Shown in pieces: positions 53,717 through 64,000 of a stretch of 64,000 nucleotides of DNA; the stretch's first letter is position 1, and every line of letters begins with the position of its first letter. Both the position numbers and the translations under genes were made by a program. The DNA is from Hypanus sabinus (lineage: Eukaryota): the NCBI RefSeq assembly GCF_030144855.1, contig NC_082709.1, positions 159,216,001 through 159,280,000 on the forward strand, read 5' to 3'. The notes below the pieces were generated by a model. The model saw nothing but the letters and a program-made list of their open reading frames with translations. It ran no database searches and was not told where the DNA came from.

Positions 53717-55015
53717 TGGGTAGCCTCCAACCTGATGGTTTGAACATTGATTTCTCAAACCTCTGGTAATTCACCCCCTTCCACTTCCTCAGCATTTCCT
53801 TTTCCCTCTCTCTTTACCTGCCCATCACTCCCTTTGGTGCTCCTCCCACTTTTCTTTTTTCTATGGCTTTGTCCTCTTGTCAGACTCTCCCCTTGTCCAA
53901 CCTTGTATCTTTCACCAATCAACTTACCAGCTCTTTCCTTCACCCCTCCCCTGCTCCCAGTTTCACTTGTTTGTTTCTTCCTCCCCCCCCCCCCACCTTC
54001 TAACTCTGACTTCTCATCTTTTTTTCTCTCTGGTCCTGATAAAGGGTGTCGGATCGAAACATTGAGTGTTTACTTTTTCCCCCATAGATGCTGCCTGGCC
54101 TGCCAAGTTCCTCTAGCTGTGTGCGTGTGTTGTGCAGTTGTATTTGATTCTTGTAATTTAAAGATGACCGCATTTTGAACACTAAATACTCTTAAATTCT
54201 GAAATACGAATGAATCACTGTTCCACCTTGAATGAGTGGATCCTCTGGATGGGAAAGAAGTGAAGAGTCGGATAAGCAGATGTTAAATCAGGCAGTTGCT
54301 GCAAGAAAGGGAAAGTTAGTTGAAGAGTGTACCAGGAAGGCACAGAGCAGTCTTTGTCACTTTCAAGTACAATGCCACCACATTTTCAACACTCCAAAGG
54401 GACCCATTTTCACCCTCCCCAAAAACTTCTTGGAGAGATCATCCCATGTTGTTAGTCCCAATGGGGATACATGATCTCTGACTGCTCACCCTTACCGAAT
54501 GTATTGTGCCCACTCAAGTATCTTTGATCCTGACATCAGATAACAACACACCATCTCAGGGTCTCACCCCTGGCTTAAGATAAACCCCTAACCAGACAGT
54601 ACCCCATCAATGTGGCTTGCCCACCCTGCTCCACAACCAAGCCTGTTATGATGACCTTGATTTGTTTGAGATGGGGTCAGCTAGTGGAGTGCCTGGCTGC
54701 CCGTCCTGCTGTATCACTTACCTGGCTGAACCTTTGCTTTAACTGCCTCTCTAAAATTCATATAACACTCTCTGCCTTCTGTATGCTCCAATAAAATTAT
54801 GTGGTCTGGGAGGAGCTGCTGTTAGACCTTTCCTACAGGCAGCTGTCAGGGAAACCTGACTGTAAACGCAAAGATTCTACAGGTGCTGGGAACCGTGAGT
54901 AAACAAACTGTTGGAGAAACTCAGCAAGTCAGGCTGCATCTATGCAGAGAAATAAACTCGTTCGGATGAAATGTCTTGGCCCGAAACGTCGACTGCTTCC
55001 CCCACACCCAACACA

Positions 55016-55248
55016 ACACGGTAGCATAACGCTATTACAGCGCCAGAGAACGGGGTTCAGTTCCAACTCTGGTTGGAAGGAGTTTGTACGTTTTCTCCGA
55101 AACTCTGTGGGTTTCCTCCGGGTGCTCAGATTTCTTCCGACGTTCCAAAGATGTACGGGTTGTTGGTAAATTGGTCGCATGGGTGCAATTGAGCGACGAG
55201 GGTTCGTGGGGCCAGAAGGGCCCTGTTACCGTGCTGAATCTCCAAATA
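55016..55248 (+). mobile_element. tRNA-derived V-SINE (HE1-like)
   Basis: B-box-like GGTTCAGTTCC; V-domain GTGGGTTTCCTCCGGGTGCTC; same tail as 39280-39510. Confidence 0.8.
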
Positions 55249-56110
55249 TCTCACAATTTCATTAACCGCCATTACTGCGTCTTTAATAGATGGTGGACAA
55301 CCTTGCAGAAAGATCTTACGCGACCTTACTTTCCTCACCAACAGGCGTTCACTAAAGCCCCACACATCGATTCAACAATCGTTGTGTGGCACAATGGCCG
55401 AGTGTCTGTTAACTCAGCCCAAGCTCGAAATAAAACTGAAGATTTCATTATCACGAACAGAGAGAAAATACTGTTAAATATAGGAAGCTGTGAAGAATGG
55501 ATTTAGTATCCATCCCCCGTATGCGTAACACAAGTACGAGATCCAAAAGTTCAGGTCTCCATTTGAAATGTGACAAGGAGGTTGAAACGCAGTTCATTAT
55601 ATAACCAGTGTCGATGGTCGCTTGCTTTTTGGGCTTTTTACCCGGTATTATTGGGAATAAAAGGTAAAATGTACCGTCTTTACTTCCTCGTTCGAGGAAC
55701 ACTTTACCTCCGGTTCCCCGCGACGGTAGAAAGGAACGGGAAACGTTTCCCGAAATCTCAAATGTTCAGGCTTGAAAGCGAAATTCCTTTAAGAGAAAAA
55801 TACTCACGCGATGTTATTTCTGGGAATAGTCGTGAATGTCCTCAGAAAACCAAATTGTTTCGAAGTTAAAGCAGAGCCAGCCAGTTAGGCACATCAACAG
55901 ACCACACGCATCACAACATTGTTAATTGCCAAGAATGGTTCATTAAATAACCAAACAATTCTACCTGTCATTACAAGGCAAGGTGTTAAAATGCGCGATT
56001 ATAGTGGAATACAATTAACACGCCAGCTGAAAACGTGTTAGTATAAGTGTGGAGAACATCAGTCGGTATTTTAGACGAGCTTCTCTTAATATGATTTGCT
56101 TTGTTGGTTG

Positions 56111-57199
56111 CTAATTACTGTCAGCTGTTCTTTTTAGTTTTTCCTTGCTTGAACGTCTTGTAACAATTGGCGACCTGGTGAATTGGTTAGTTTTCTGTGT
56201 ATTTGAAACTTTCTTCAAATACTTGAAAATAGGGTGCAAGCAAGTCGCAGGCGCCAAATCGTGGTTTTCGGTGCCTGCCGAAACTTGCGGACAGTCTTTC
56301 CTCATAGAGCTCACGGGCTTGTCCAGAGGCTTATCGCTCAGTAGCCATTTACGGCAGTTCTTTGCGATCCAGTCCCGTTCCGTTGGGCCAACATTCTGAT
56401 GATCTACATCGTGATTAGAATTTATGAACGCCACGGTATAAACTTTGTTCATCACCTCTGCACGTTCAGTTAACAGACTCATAAATGCCAAGCCACCATA
56501 GCCGTGAACAACGAACGCCACACTCATGGGAGCACACTTGGATAGGAAGTGGTCCCAAATGTAGGACATATGCTGTTCATGACTTTCAACCCCCCTTTTT
56601 GGCTTTTCAACCTTGTGTTCACTTTGAGCATCCGCGGAATGGCCCATCTCGATTGCCAGGAAGTTGTCATTGGGATTTAATACCATGACCTCATATTGCT
56701 CGCTTAGAGCTCGTTCAATGAAGGGGATTTGTGTGCCCGTGTCCAGACAATCATGCACAACCAATTGTTGGGACCATGTACCAGCCCGCATAACCCCGCG
56801 ATCCTGGACGAAAACAATCAACTTCGAAGGAGCATTTAGGGCACCTTCGCTCGTGAAACAAAAACTTTTAGGCTCGTCCTCCGCGGCATCTTCGGGAACA
56901 TACAGTCGTTTCAATCCACATCCTTTCTCCAATAGTTCATATATATACTCGGCTAAAGTTCTTCCAAAGGCAGTGTACCACTCATGGTCCAAATTCATAG
57001 CATTGTTGTACTGCTTGGAGACAAATGGTTGGTTCGTTTCGATGTGTCTCAGTTGGCCTTTTTCATTGAAAATATAGTTGAATTCTTTAAGTCGTTTTGT
57101 ATTTTCCAATTGCGTAAGAATCATTCGTTCTTCCATTTTCTGAAATAGTACACTATCGTGAGTCACTCTATCACGAGATTTAATCAAATTGTGGTGCAT
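56111..57199 (-). CDS. FAM172B: FAM172B/ARB2B-like Arb2 (alpha/beta-hydrolase fold) protein, intronless, 362 aa from the first ATG (alternative ATG at 57136)
   Basis: FAM172 motifs FNYIFNEKGQLRHIET, YIYELLEK, GVMRAGTWSQQL, LDTGTQIPFIERA, VLNPNDN, YIWDHF, HGYGGLAF, DCPQVSAGT.NH. Uninterrupted ORF. Position near TRMT10C/PCNP matches the recalled position of FAM172BP. Confidence 0.9.
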   Translation of the reverse strand: MHHNLIKSRDRVTHDSVLFQKMEERMILTQLENTKRLKEFNYIFNEKGQLRHIETNQPFVSKQYNNAMNLDHEWYTAFGRTLAEYIYELLEKGCGLKRLYVPEDAAEDEPKSFCFTSEGALNAPSKLIVFVQDRGVMRAGTWSQQLVVHDCLDTGTQIPFIERALSEQYEVMVLNPNDNFLAIEMGHSADAQSEHKVEKPKRGVESHEQHMSYIWDHFLSKCAPMSVAFVVHGYGGLAFMSLLTERAEVMNKVYTVAFINSNHDVDHQNVGPTERDWIAKNCRKWLLSDKPLDKPVSSMRKDCPQVSAGTENHDLAPATCLHPIFKYLKKVSNTQKTNQFTRSPIVTRRSSKEKLKRTADSN

Positions 57200-57804
57200 T
57201 TTCCCTTCCAGCACGTTATTTCAGCGTGAAACACACTCAAGCTTTTATTATCTCTGGCATGGTTTGTTTAAACAATCCAATGTCATTTAATCTTAATTGA
57301 ACAATAAAGTGCTTGTAATTACAATAAAGGCAATTCTGCAATTAATTTATTGGTTATATGAATGTATAAATTACAGAGTTTATCTTATTTCTCTTTTCCA
57401 ACAGGAAGTTCCAAATTTGGGATCATATCAATCATTTAATTATTTAGGTGCAGATGAATTGAAAAATTCTGATTATTGATTTTTTTGCTGCTGCAGCAGG
57501 ATAATGACACTATTATTTTAATAATGTCATTGTTTTGAATAATGCATTCAGTTCTATTTAATGTCTTTAAGGCTCAACAATAATTAATTTTGTACATCCT
57601 TACAAAAGATAATTACTCTCCTATTTACTGCAACTCAGTTGCCTTCTAAAATGTGTGTTTTCAAGTGAAATGTGCAGTTTAGTGCTTGTAATTATATAAT
57701 TCATATTACAAATAACAAAATAATTTTAAACACGAGAGATTTGCAGACACAGCTCAGCACATCATGGGAATCTCCCCTCCAAGGACACCTACCAACATTT
57801 CTTG

Positions 57805-57982
57805 ATGTACAAACAAGCTGGATGAACTCAGCAGGTCGGGCAGCATCCCTTGAGTCCTGATGAAGGGTCTCAGTCCGAAACGTTGACTGCTCATTTCAAC
57901 GGATGCTGCCCGACCTGCTGAGTTCATCCAGCTTGTTTGTACGTCTTGATTTGATCACAGCATCTGCAATGTACTTTGTGTT
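57805..57982 (+). mobile_element. 178-bp fold-back PLE derivative with hammerhead in the loop and 15-bp TSD
   Basis: Perfect 42-bp inverted repeat 57807-57848 / 57901-57942. TSD TACC(A/G)ACATTTCTTG at 57790-57804 and 57983-57997. Confidence 0.9.
57853..57888 (+). ncRNA. Minimal type I hammerhead ribozyme motif with intact core
   Basis: AGTC (stem I)-CTGATGA-A-GGG TCTCAG TCC (stem II)-GAAAC-GTT^GACT (stem I'). A palindromic ACGT replaces helix III. Confidence 0.75.
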
Positions 57983-58805
57983 TACCGACATTTCTTGCTG
58001 ACTTGGTAAAGCAGCCAGCATAATCTGTCCTGTGCAATCTCTTTTCTCCTCTCTGCCATTGAGCAAACATACAAAAGCCTGAAAGCATGTACTACCAGGC
58101 TCAAGGACAGTTTCTATCCTGCTGTTATAAGATTATTATGGTTCCCTAGTGCAATAAAATAGACTCTAGATCTCAAAATCTGCCTTGTTATAATTTTGCA
58201 CCTCATTGTTTACCTGCACTGCACTTTCTCTGTAGCTGTTGCACATTATTCTGAGTTATGTTATTGTTTTACCTTGTATCTCAACACACTGAGTAATGGA
58301 ATGATCGGTGTGAACAGTAAGCATAATAAGCTTTTCTCTGTATCTTGGTACATGTGGCAATAATAAACCAATTCTCCAAGATCTTCTGATGGTGGAGAGT
58401 TGCTCTTGTTACTGAAACCCTGAGAACAGTGGTACACAGGGAGTAATTACTGTTTGTTATATACATTAAAGATTTGGATACGAATATTGGAAGTAAGATT
58501 AGTAAGTTTGAAGATGACATGATAATTGTGTTAATAGTGAGGAGGGCAATCTATAGGCTATAGGATGATATTGATGATAGAACAAATGCAAATGGAATTT
58601 GTTGCAAGTTGATGCACTTTGGGAGGACTAATAAGGATCAAGCATGCACATTGAATGAGCAGAAGATGCCAAGTGGAACCAGAAACAATCCAACATATTA
58701 CAGGATCCTGCAGCAGTTTAACTCAATCTGATTGCTTACACAGGGACAATCAAGTGGCAATCATCATTCACCAAAATCTTGCCTTAAAATACAAACTGGT
58801 AAAAG

Positions 58806-61800
58806 ATAGAGGGTTGGGAAGCTTTTAAAAACTTGCAGAAGGAAACTACGAAGGTCATTAGGAAGGAAAAGATGAATTATGAATTGAAGCTGGTGTCTAA
58901 TATCAAAGAAGATTCTAAAAGCTTTTTTAAGTATATAAAGGGTAAAAGAGAGTTGAGGGTAGATATAGGACCAATAGCAAATGATGCCTGAGATATTGTA
59001 ATGAGAGACACAGAGATGGTAGAGGAACTGAATGCATATTTTGCACCAGTCTTCACAGTGGAAGATATTTGCAGTATACTGGACATTCAAGAGTGTTCAG
59101 AGAAGTGAAGTATGTGCAGTGAAAATTAGGGTTGAGAAGTTGCTCAGGAAGCTTGATGTTCTGAGGGTGGATCTAATGGAAGCTTGATGGTCTGAGGGTG
59201 GATCTAATGGAAGCTTGATGGTCTGAGGGTGGATCTAATGGAAGCTTAATGGTCTGAGGGTGGATCTAATGGAAGCTTGATGGTCTGAGGGTGGATCTAA
59301 TGGAAGCTTGATGGTCTGAGGGTGGATCTAATGGAAGCTTAATGGTCTGAGGGTGGATCTAATGGAAGCTTGATGGTCTGAGGGTGGATCTAATGGAAGC
59401 TTGATGGTCTGAGGGTGGATCTAATGGAAGCTTGATGGTCTGAGGGTGGATCTAATGGAAGCTTGATGGTCTCAGGGTGGATCTAATGGAAGCTTGATGG
59501 TCACAGGGTGGATCTAATGGAAGCTTAATGGTCTGAGGGTGGATCTAATGGAAGCTTGATGGTCTGAGGGTGGATCTAATGGAAGCTTGATGGTCTGAGG
59601 GTGGATCTAATGGAAGCTTGATGGTCTGAGGGTGGATCTAATGGAAGCTTGATGGTCTGAGGGTGGATCTAATGGAAGCTTAATGGTCTGAGGGTGGATC
59701 TAATGGAAGCTTGATGGTCTGAGGGTGGATCTAATGGAAGCTTGATGGTCTGAGGGTGGATCTAATGGAAGCTTAATGGTCTGAGGGTGGATCTAATGGA
59801 AGCTTGATGGTCTGAGGGTGGATCTAATGGAAGCTTGGTCTGAGGGTGGATCTAATGGAAGCTTGATGGTCTGAGGGTGGATCTAATGGAAGCTTGATGG
59901 TCTGAGGGTGGATCTAATGGAAGCTTAATGGTCTGAGGGTGGATCTAATGGAAGCTTGATGGTCTGAGGGTGGATCTAATGGAAGCTTGGTCTGAGGGTG
60001 GATCTAATGGAAGCTTGATGGTCTGAGGGTGGATCTAATGGAAGCTTAATGGTCTGAGGGTGGATCTAATGGAAGCTTGATGGTCTGAGTGTGGATCTAA
60101 TGGAAGCTTGATGGTCTGAGGGTGGATCTAATGGAAGCTTGATGGTCTGAGGGTGGATCTAATGGAAGCTTAATGGTCTGAGGGTGGATCTAATGGAAGC
60201 TTGATGGTCTGAGGGTGGATCTAATGGAAGCTTAATGGTCTGAGGGTGGATCTAATGGAAGCTTGATGGTCTGAGGGTGGATCTAATGGAAGCTTGATGG
60301 TCTGAGGGTGGATCTAATGGAAGCTTGATTGTCTGAGGGTGGATCTAATGGAAGCTTGATGGTCTGAGGGTGGATCTAATGGAAGCTTGATGGTCTGAGG
60401 GTGGATCTAATGGAAGCTTGATGGTCTGAGGGTGGATCTAATGGAAGCAATGGTCTGAGGGTGGATCTAATGGAAGCTTGATGGTCTGAGGGTGGATCTA
60501 ATGGAAGCTTGATGGTCTGAGGGTGGATCTAATGGAAGCTTGATGGTCTGAGGGTGGATCTAATGGAAGCTTAATGGTCTGAGGGTGGATCTAATGGAAG
60601 CTTAATGGTCTGAGGGTGGATCTAATGGAAGCTTGATGGTCTGAGGGTGGATCTAATGGAAGCTTGATTGTCTGAGGGTGGATCTAATGGAAGCTTAATG
60701 GTCTGAGGGTGGATCTAATGGAAGCTTAATGGTCTGAGGGTGGATCTAATGGAAGCTTGATGGTCTGAGGGTGGATCTAATGGAAGCTTGATGGTCTGAG
60801 GGTGGATCTAATGGAAGCTTGATGGTCTGAGGGTGGATCTAATGGAAGCTTAATGGTCTGAGGGTGGATCTAATGGAAGCTTGATGGTCTGAGGGTGGAT
60901 CTAATGGAATGCACCCTTGGGTTCTGAAGGAAGCAGCTGGAGAGATTGCAGAGGCATTAACAATGTTCATTCAAGAATTGATTGATTCTGGCAATGTACC
61001 AGATGACTGGAAAATTGAATATGTTACTCTGGAAGGCAGCAGAAAGGAAACTATAGACCTATTAGCCTGATATCAGTGGTTGGGAAGTTGTTGGAATTGA
61101 TTGTTAGGGATGAGATAACCAAATACCTGGAGGTACATGACAAGACAGGCCAAAGCCTGCATGGTTTCCTGAAAGGAAAATCCTGCCTGACTAACCTACT
61201 GCATTTTTTTGAGGAGAGTCTAAGGAGATATAGTAGATGTGGTGTATTTGGATTTTCAGAAGGCCTTTGACAAGGCTGCTTAGCAAGATAAGAGCCCATG
61301 GAGTTATAGGGAATTTACTAGCATGGCTGGAGCATTGGCTGATCAGCAGAAAACAGAATGTGGGAATAAAGGGATGCTATTCCAGCTGGCTGCTGGTTAC
61401 CAGTGGAGCTCCACAGGGTTCAGTGTTGGGACTGCTGCTTTTTACGACGTATGTCAATGGTTTGAACTATGAGATTAATGGATTTGTGGTTAAATTTGCA
61501 AGTTATACAAAAATAGGTGGAGGAGTGAGTAGTGTTGAGGAAAGAGAGAGCTTGCAGAGAGACTTTAGTTTAAGGGAATGGGCAAAGAAGTGGCAAATGA
61601 AATACAATGTTGGGAAGTTTATGGTCATGCACTTTGGTGGAAGAAATAAATGGGAAGATGATTATTTAGTTGGGGAGAGAATTCAAGATGCGGAGATGCA
61701 AAGTGTCTTAGGAGTCCTTGTGCAGGATACCCTAAAGGTTAACTTCCAGGTAGAGTCAGTGGTGAAGAAGGCGAATGCAATGTTGGCATTCATTTCTAGA

Positions 61801-62416
61801 GGTATAGAATATAAGAGCAGGGATGTGATGTTGAGGTTCTATAAGGCATTTGTGAGACCACACTTGGAGTATTGTGTGGAGTTTTGGAGTCCTTTAATTT
61901 AGAAAGGATATACTGACATTGGAGAGGGTTCAGAGAAGATTCATGAGAATGATTCTAGGAATGAAAGGGTTACCATATGAGGAATGCCAGGCAGCTCTTG
62001 GGCTGTATTCCCTGGAGTTTAGGAGAATGAGGGGGGATCTCATAGAAACATTTTGAATGTTAAAAGGCCTAAACAGACTAAATATGGCAAAGTTATTTCA
62101 TGTAGTAGGGGAGTCTAGGACATGAGGGCACAACTTCAGTATTGAAGGATGTCCACTTAGAACAGAGATGTGGAGAAATTACTTTAGCCAGAGGGTGGTA
62201 AATCTGTGGAATTTGTTGCCACCCGGGTCTGTGGAGGCCAAGTCATTGGGTGCTTTTAAAACAGAGATAGATAGGTTCTTGATGACCCCGGGCATCAAAG
62301 GGTATGGAGTGAAGGCAGGGGAGTGGGGATGACTGGAAGAATTAGATCAGCCAATGATTGGTGGAGCAAACTCGATGGGCTGAATGGCCTACTTCTGCTG
62401 TAATATCTTATGGTCT
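58806..62416 (+). mobile_element. CR1-type LINE containing an expanded minisatellite
   Basis: [42 protein letters not shown]. Possible TSD TAAAAG at 58800-58805 and 62417-62422. Confidence 0.92.
59147..60909 (+). repeat. 31-bp minisatellite, about 57 copies (GGAAGCTTGATGGTCTGAGGGTGGATCTAAT)
   Basis: Head-to-tail, near-identical units with G/A variants and a few 28-29 bp units; no spacers. Confidence 0.98.
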
Positions 62417-62705
62417 TAAAAGGGCACCATACTTTACTAAAAATACAAGCCTGATCCTGTTTTCGTGTCAGAATCCTACAAATTATATTACAATCCATTC
62501 ATTATCACAGATCGGGCAATCTATAAAAACTGTCTAGATATAATATTGCAGGATAAACAAGCAAGAGCAACTTACTTAATTGATTTAACCATTCCAAGTA
62601 CTAATAACATACACAAATTAATAAATGAAAGACATGGAAATATATGAATCAAAAGAGGAAATTGAAAGCAATGGAACATGAACAGGGTATACATTGTCCC
62701 AATAG

Positions 62706-63697
62706 TGTTATGTACCCCGTAACTGGGTGTCTTACCAGCAAAGATAGAAGTGTCTGTTGGAGTCTGGTGATACTATTTTCAACAATATTTATGAGCAAAA
62801 ATATACAAAATAATATCAATGCGAATATACAGAGAATATACATTAGCAATACTAAACCTAAAAGTGCGGGTATAATAATAATCACTAATGAAACAAGCTC
62901 TATCGTTGTCTCGGGGATAATGAATTGTCAGATAGAAGTATAAATTTCAGTTCAGTTCATGCAGGCTGCGGTAGTTGTTGGTTGCGGTGTTTCAATTGTT
63001 GGAGAGAAAGAGAGAGAGAGAGAGAAAACATGCGAACAATAACAGCTATTATCTTACCAACATTCCTTTACGATTTTGATCCGTCAATGCGTTGTTGTTG
63101 TAGCCATTCACATATGACCCCTCCGTCCTTTAGCTAGATCGTTCTTCCGTGGTGGACACACACACAAGCCCCCACCGGTCTCGCTACAAAACACTGTGAG
63201 TTAAAATTTACCGACCCTTCGTTCGGTCTCTGATGTCCCACCCTGTCTCGTGGGTTTCTGCTGCTCACTAGCGTTTCTCCTGGTGTATCTAAGGGGTGTT
63301 ACCCCAGACCTCACTTTTATCCCCACTCATGGGGTCTCAGGTGTCAATCAGGTTGGGATGATGTAACCCATCAAACCAGCCCACTCTGGTTGCCCCCTGA
63401 GGGGTTTCAATGAATAGAACAGTACCAAGTAAACAATCCTTCTCCAAAAGACAATAGCTGTAATCAATGGTTCCATTCCCCCTTTGTTAGTAGGAGACAT
63501 TCCACCTTAGCTGTGTCTCTCTCTCATTAACTTTCATGAGCTGTTATCAATAACAACTGCCCTTGCAGATTTCCTTTTGTCTCTCTTACTTCCTTTTTAG
63601 CAGCATCGAAATAGAGGCGATTTGCGATTTTCCAAAGGGGGGGGCATGGGTGACTCTGCACCCTTCTGCCCATCAGAGTTGTACATCCTTTGTAACA
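62706..63697. mobile_element. Solo LTR (992 bp), Gypsy or ERV type
   Basis: TGTTA...TAACA termini; 4-bp TSD ATAG at 62702-62705 and 63698-63701; cleanly interrupts the R4-like reading frame. Confidence 0.85.
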
Positions 63698-64000
63698 ATA
63701 GTAATATCTACAACTGGTATCATCCCAAAGTCACTGCACAATAGTATTAAACAATTAGGCCTACACAACAATATTTATGTAAATCTTCAAAAAGCCACAG
63801 TACTAAACACCACTAGAAAAGTCCAAATGTTTCTAGCAATTGAGAAATGAGTGTTCCTGCCTAAGTCCACACCTCAAGTTTTACCTGTTGAACTGAGAAA
63901 AAAAAATAGTGATAATAATTGCTTTTGTAACCATAGTTACTGGGGACAATTTGAAGATGAGAGACTTATGCTGTGATTATCACTTGCTCATCAAATTAAT

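Larger units (their letters stand above)
49420..54135. mobile_element. Inverted (outward-facing) PLE pair split by CR1 insertions
   Basis: Minus arm 49420-50190 (pseudo-LTR plus GIY-YIG ORF 49843..50205). Plus arm 50190-50387, resuming at 53294-54135: the GLLYI|GET motif is split by the CR1. Confidence 0.8.
58655..63905 (+). mobile_element. R4/Dong-like RLE non-LTR element 3' end, in three pieces (58655-58805, 62417-62705, 63698-63905)
   Basis: PETIQHITGSC...LHRDNQVA (CCHC region); KLYY...TDRAIYKNCLDII..DK...YLIDLTIP (restriction-like endonuclease); IVPIV|ISTTGIIPKSL...LQKATVLNT. Confidence 0.75.

Noticed and set aside
54963-54995. Additional hammerhead-like motifs here and near 6195, 15050 and 35590
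   Set aside because: Core nucleotides are mutated or deleted; treated as decayed pseudo-LTR copies, not functional ribozymes.
56145-57077. Plus-strand ORFs overlapping FAM172B, and similar ones within TRMT10C
   Set aside because: Antisense shadows of real coding sequences.
57200-57214. FAM172B start at 57214 from the ORF track
   Set aside because: That codon is GTG; the first in-frame ATG is at 57199.
59147-60909. CRISPR-like array (31-bp period)
   Set aside because: No unique spacers, no cas genes, eukaryotic context; the unit derives from CR1 ORF2.

Overview
Vertebrate nuclear DNA, very likely from a cartilaginous fish (batoid or shark), judged from HE1-like V-SINEs, abundant CR1-type LINEs and Penelope-like elements. 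Four protein-coding genes can be reconstructed. PCNP (+, 5 coding exons, 179 aa) converges on TRMT10C (-, single coding exon, 430 aa). TRMT10C sits head-to-head with TXNL4B (+, 3 coding exons, 149 aa). TXNL4B converges on an intact, intronless FAM172B/ARB2B-like gene (-). Roughly half of the window is transposon-derived and often nested: CR1, L1/Tx1, Rex1-like and R4/Dong-like LINEs, Penelope-like elements (PLEs), Tc1, hAT, a PIF/Harbinger MITE and a solo LTR. The most notable signals are: (1) a family of PLE pseudo-LTR derivatives carrying minimal hammerhead-ribozyme motifs, which insert as tiny units with 13-15 bp target-site duplications, including a fold-back copy with the ribozyme in the loop of a perfect 42-bp stem; (2) an ARB2/FAM172 paralog whose nucleophile-elbow Ser is replaced by Gly; (3) a TRMT10C/TXNL4B shared promoter with a candidate PLE-derived splice donor; (4) a 31-bp minisatellite born inside a CR1 ORF2. 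Family and ortholog assignments rest on motif recognition and recall, not on database searches.
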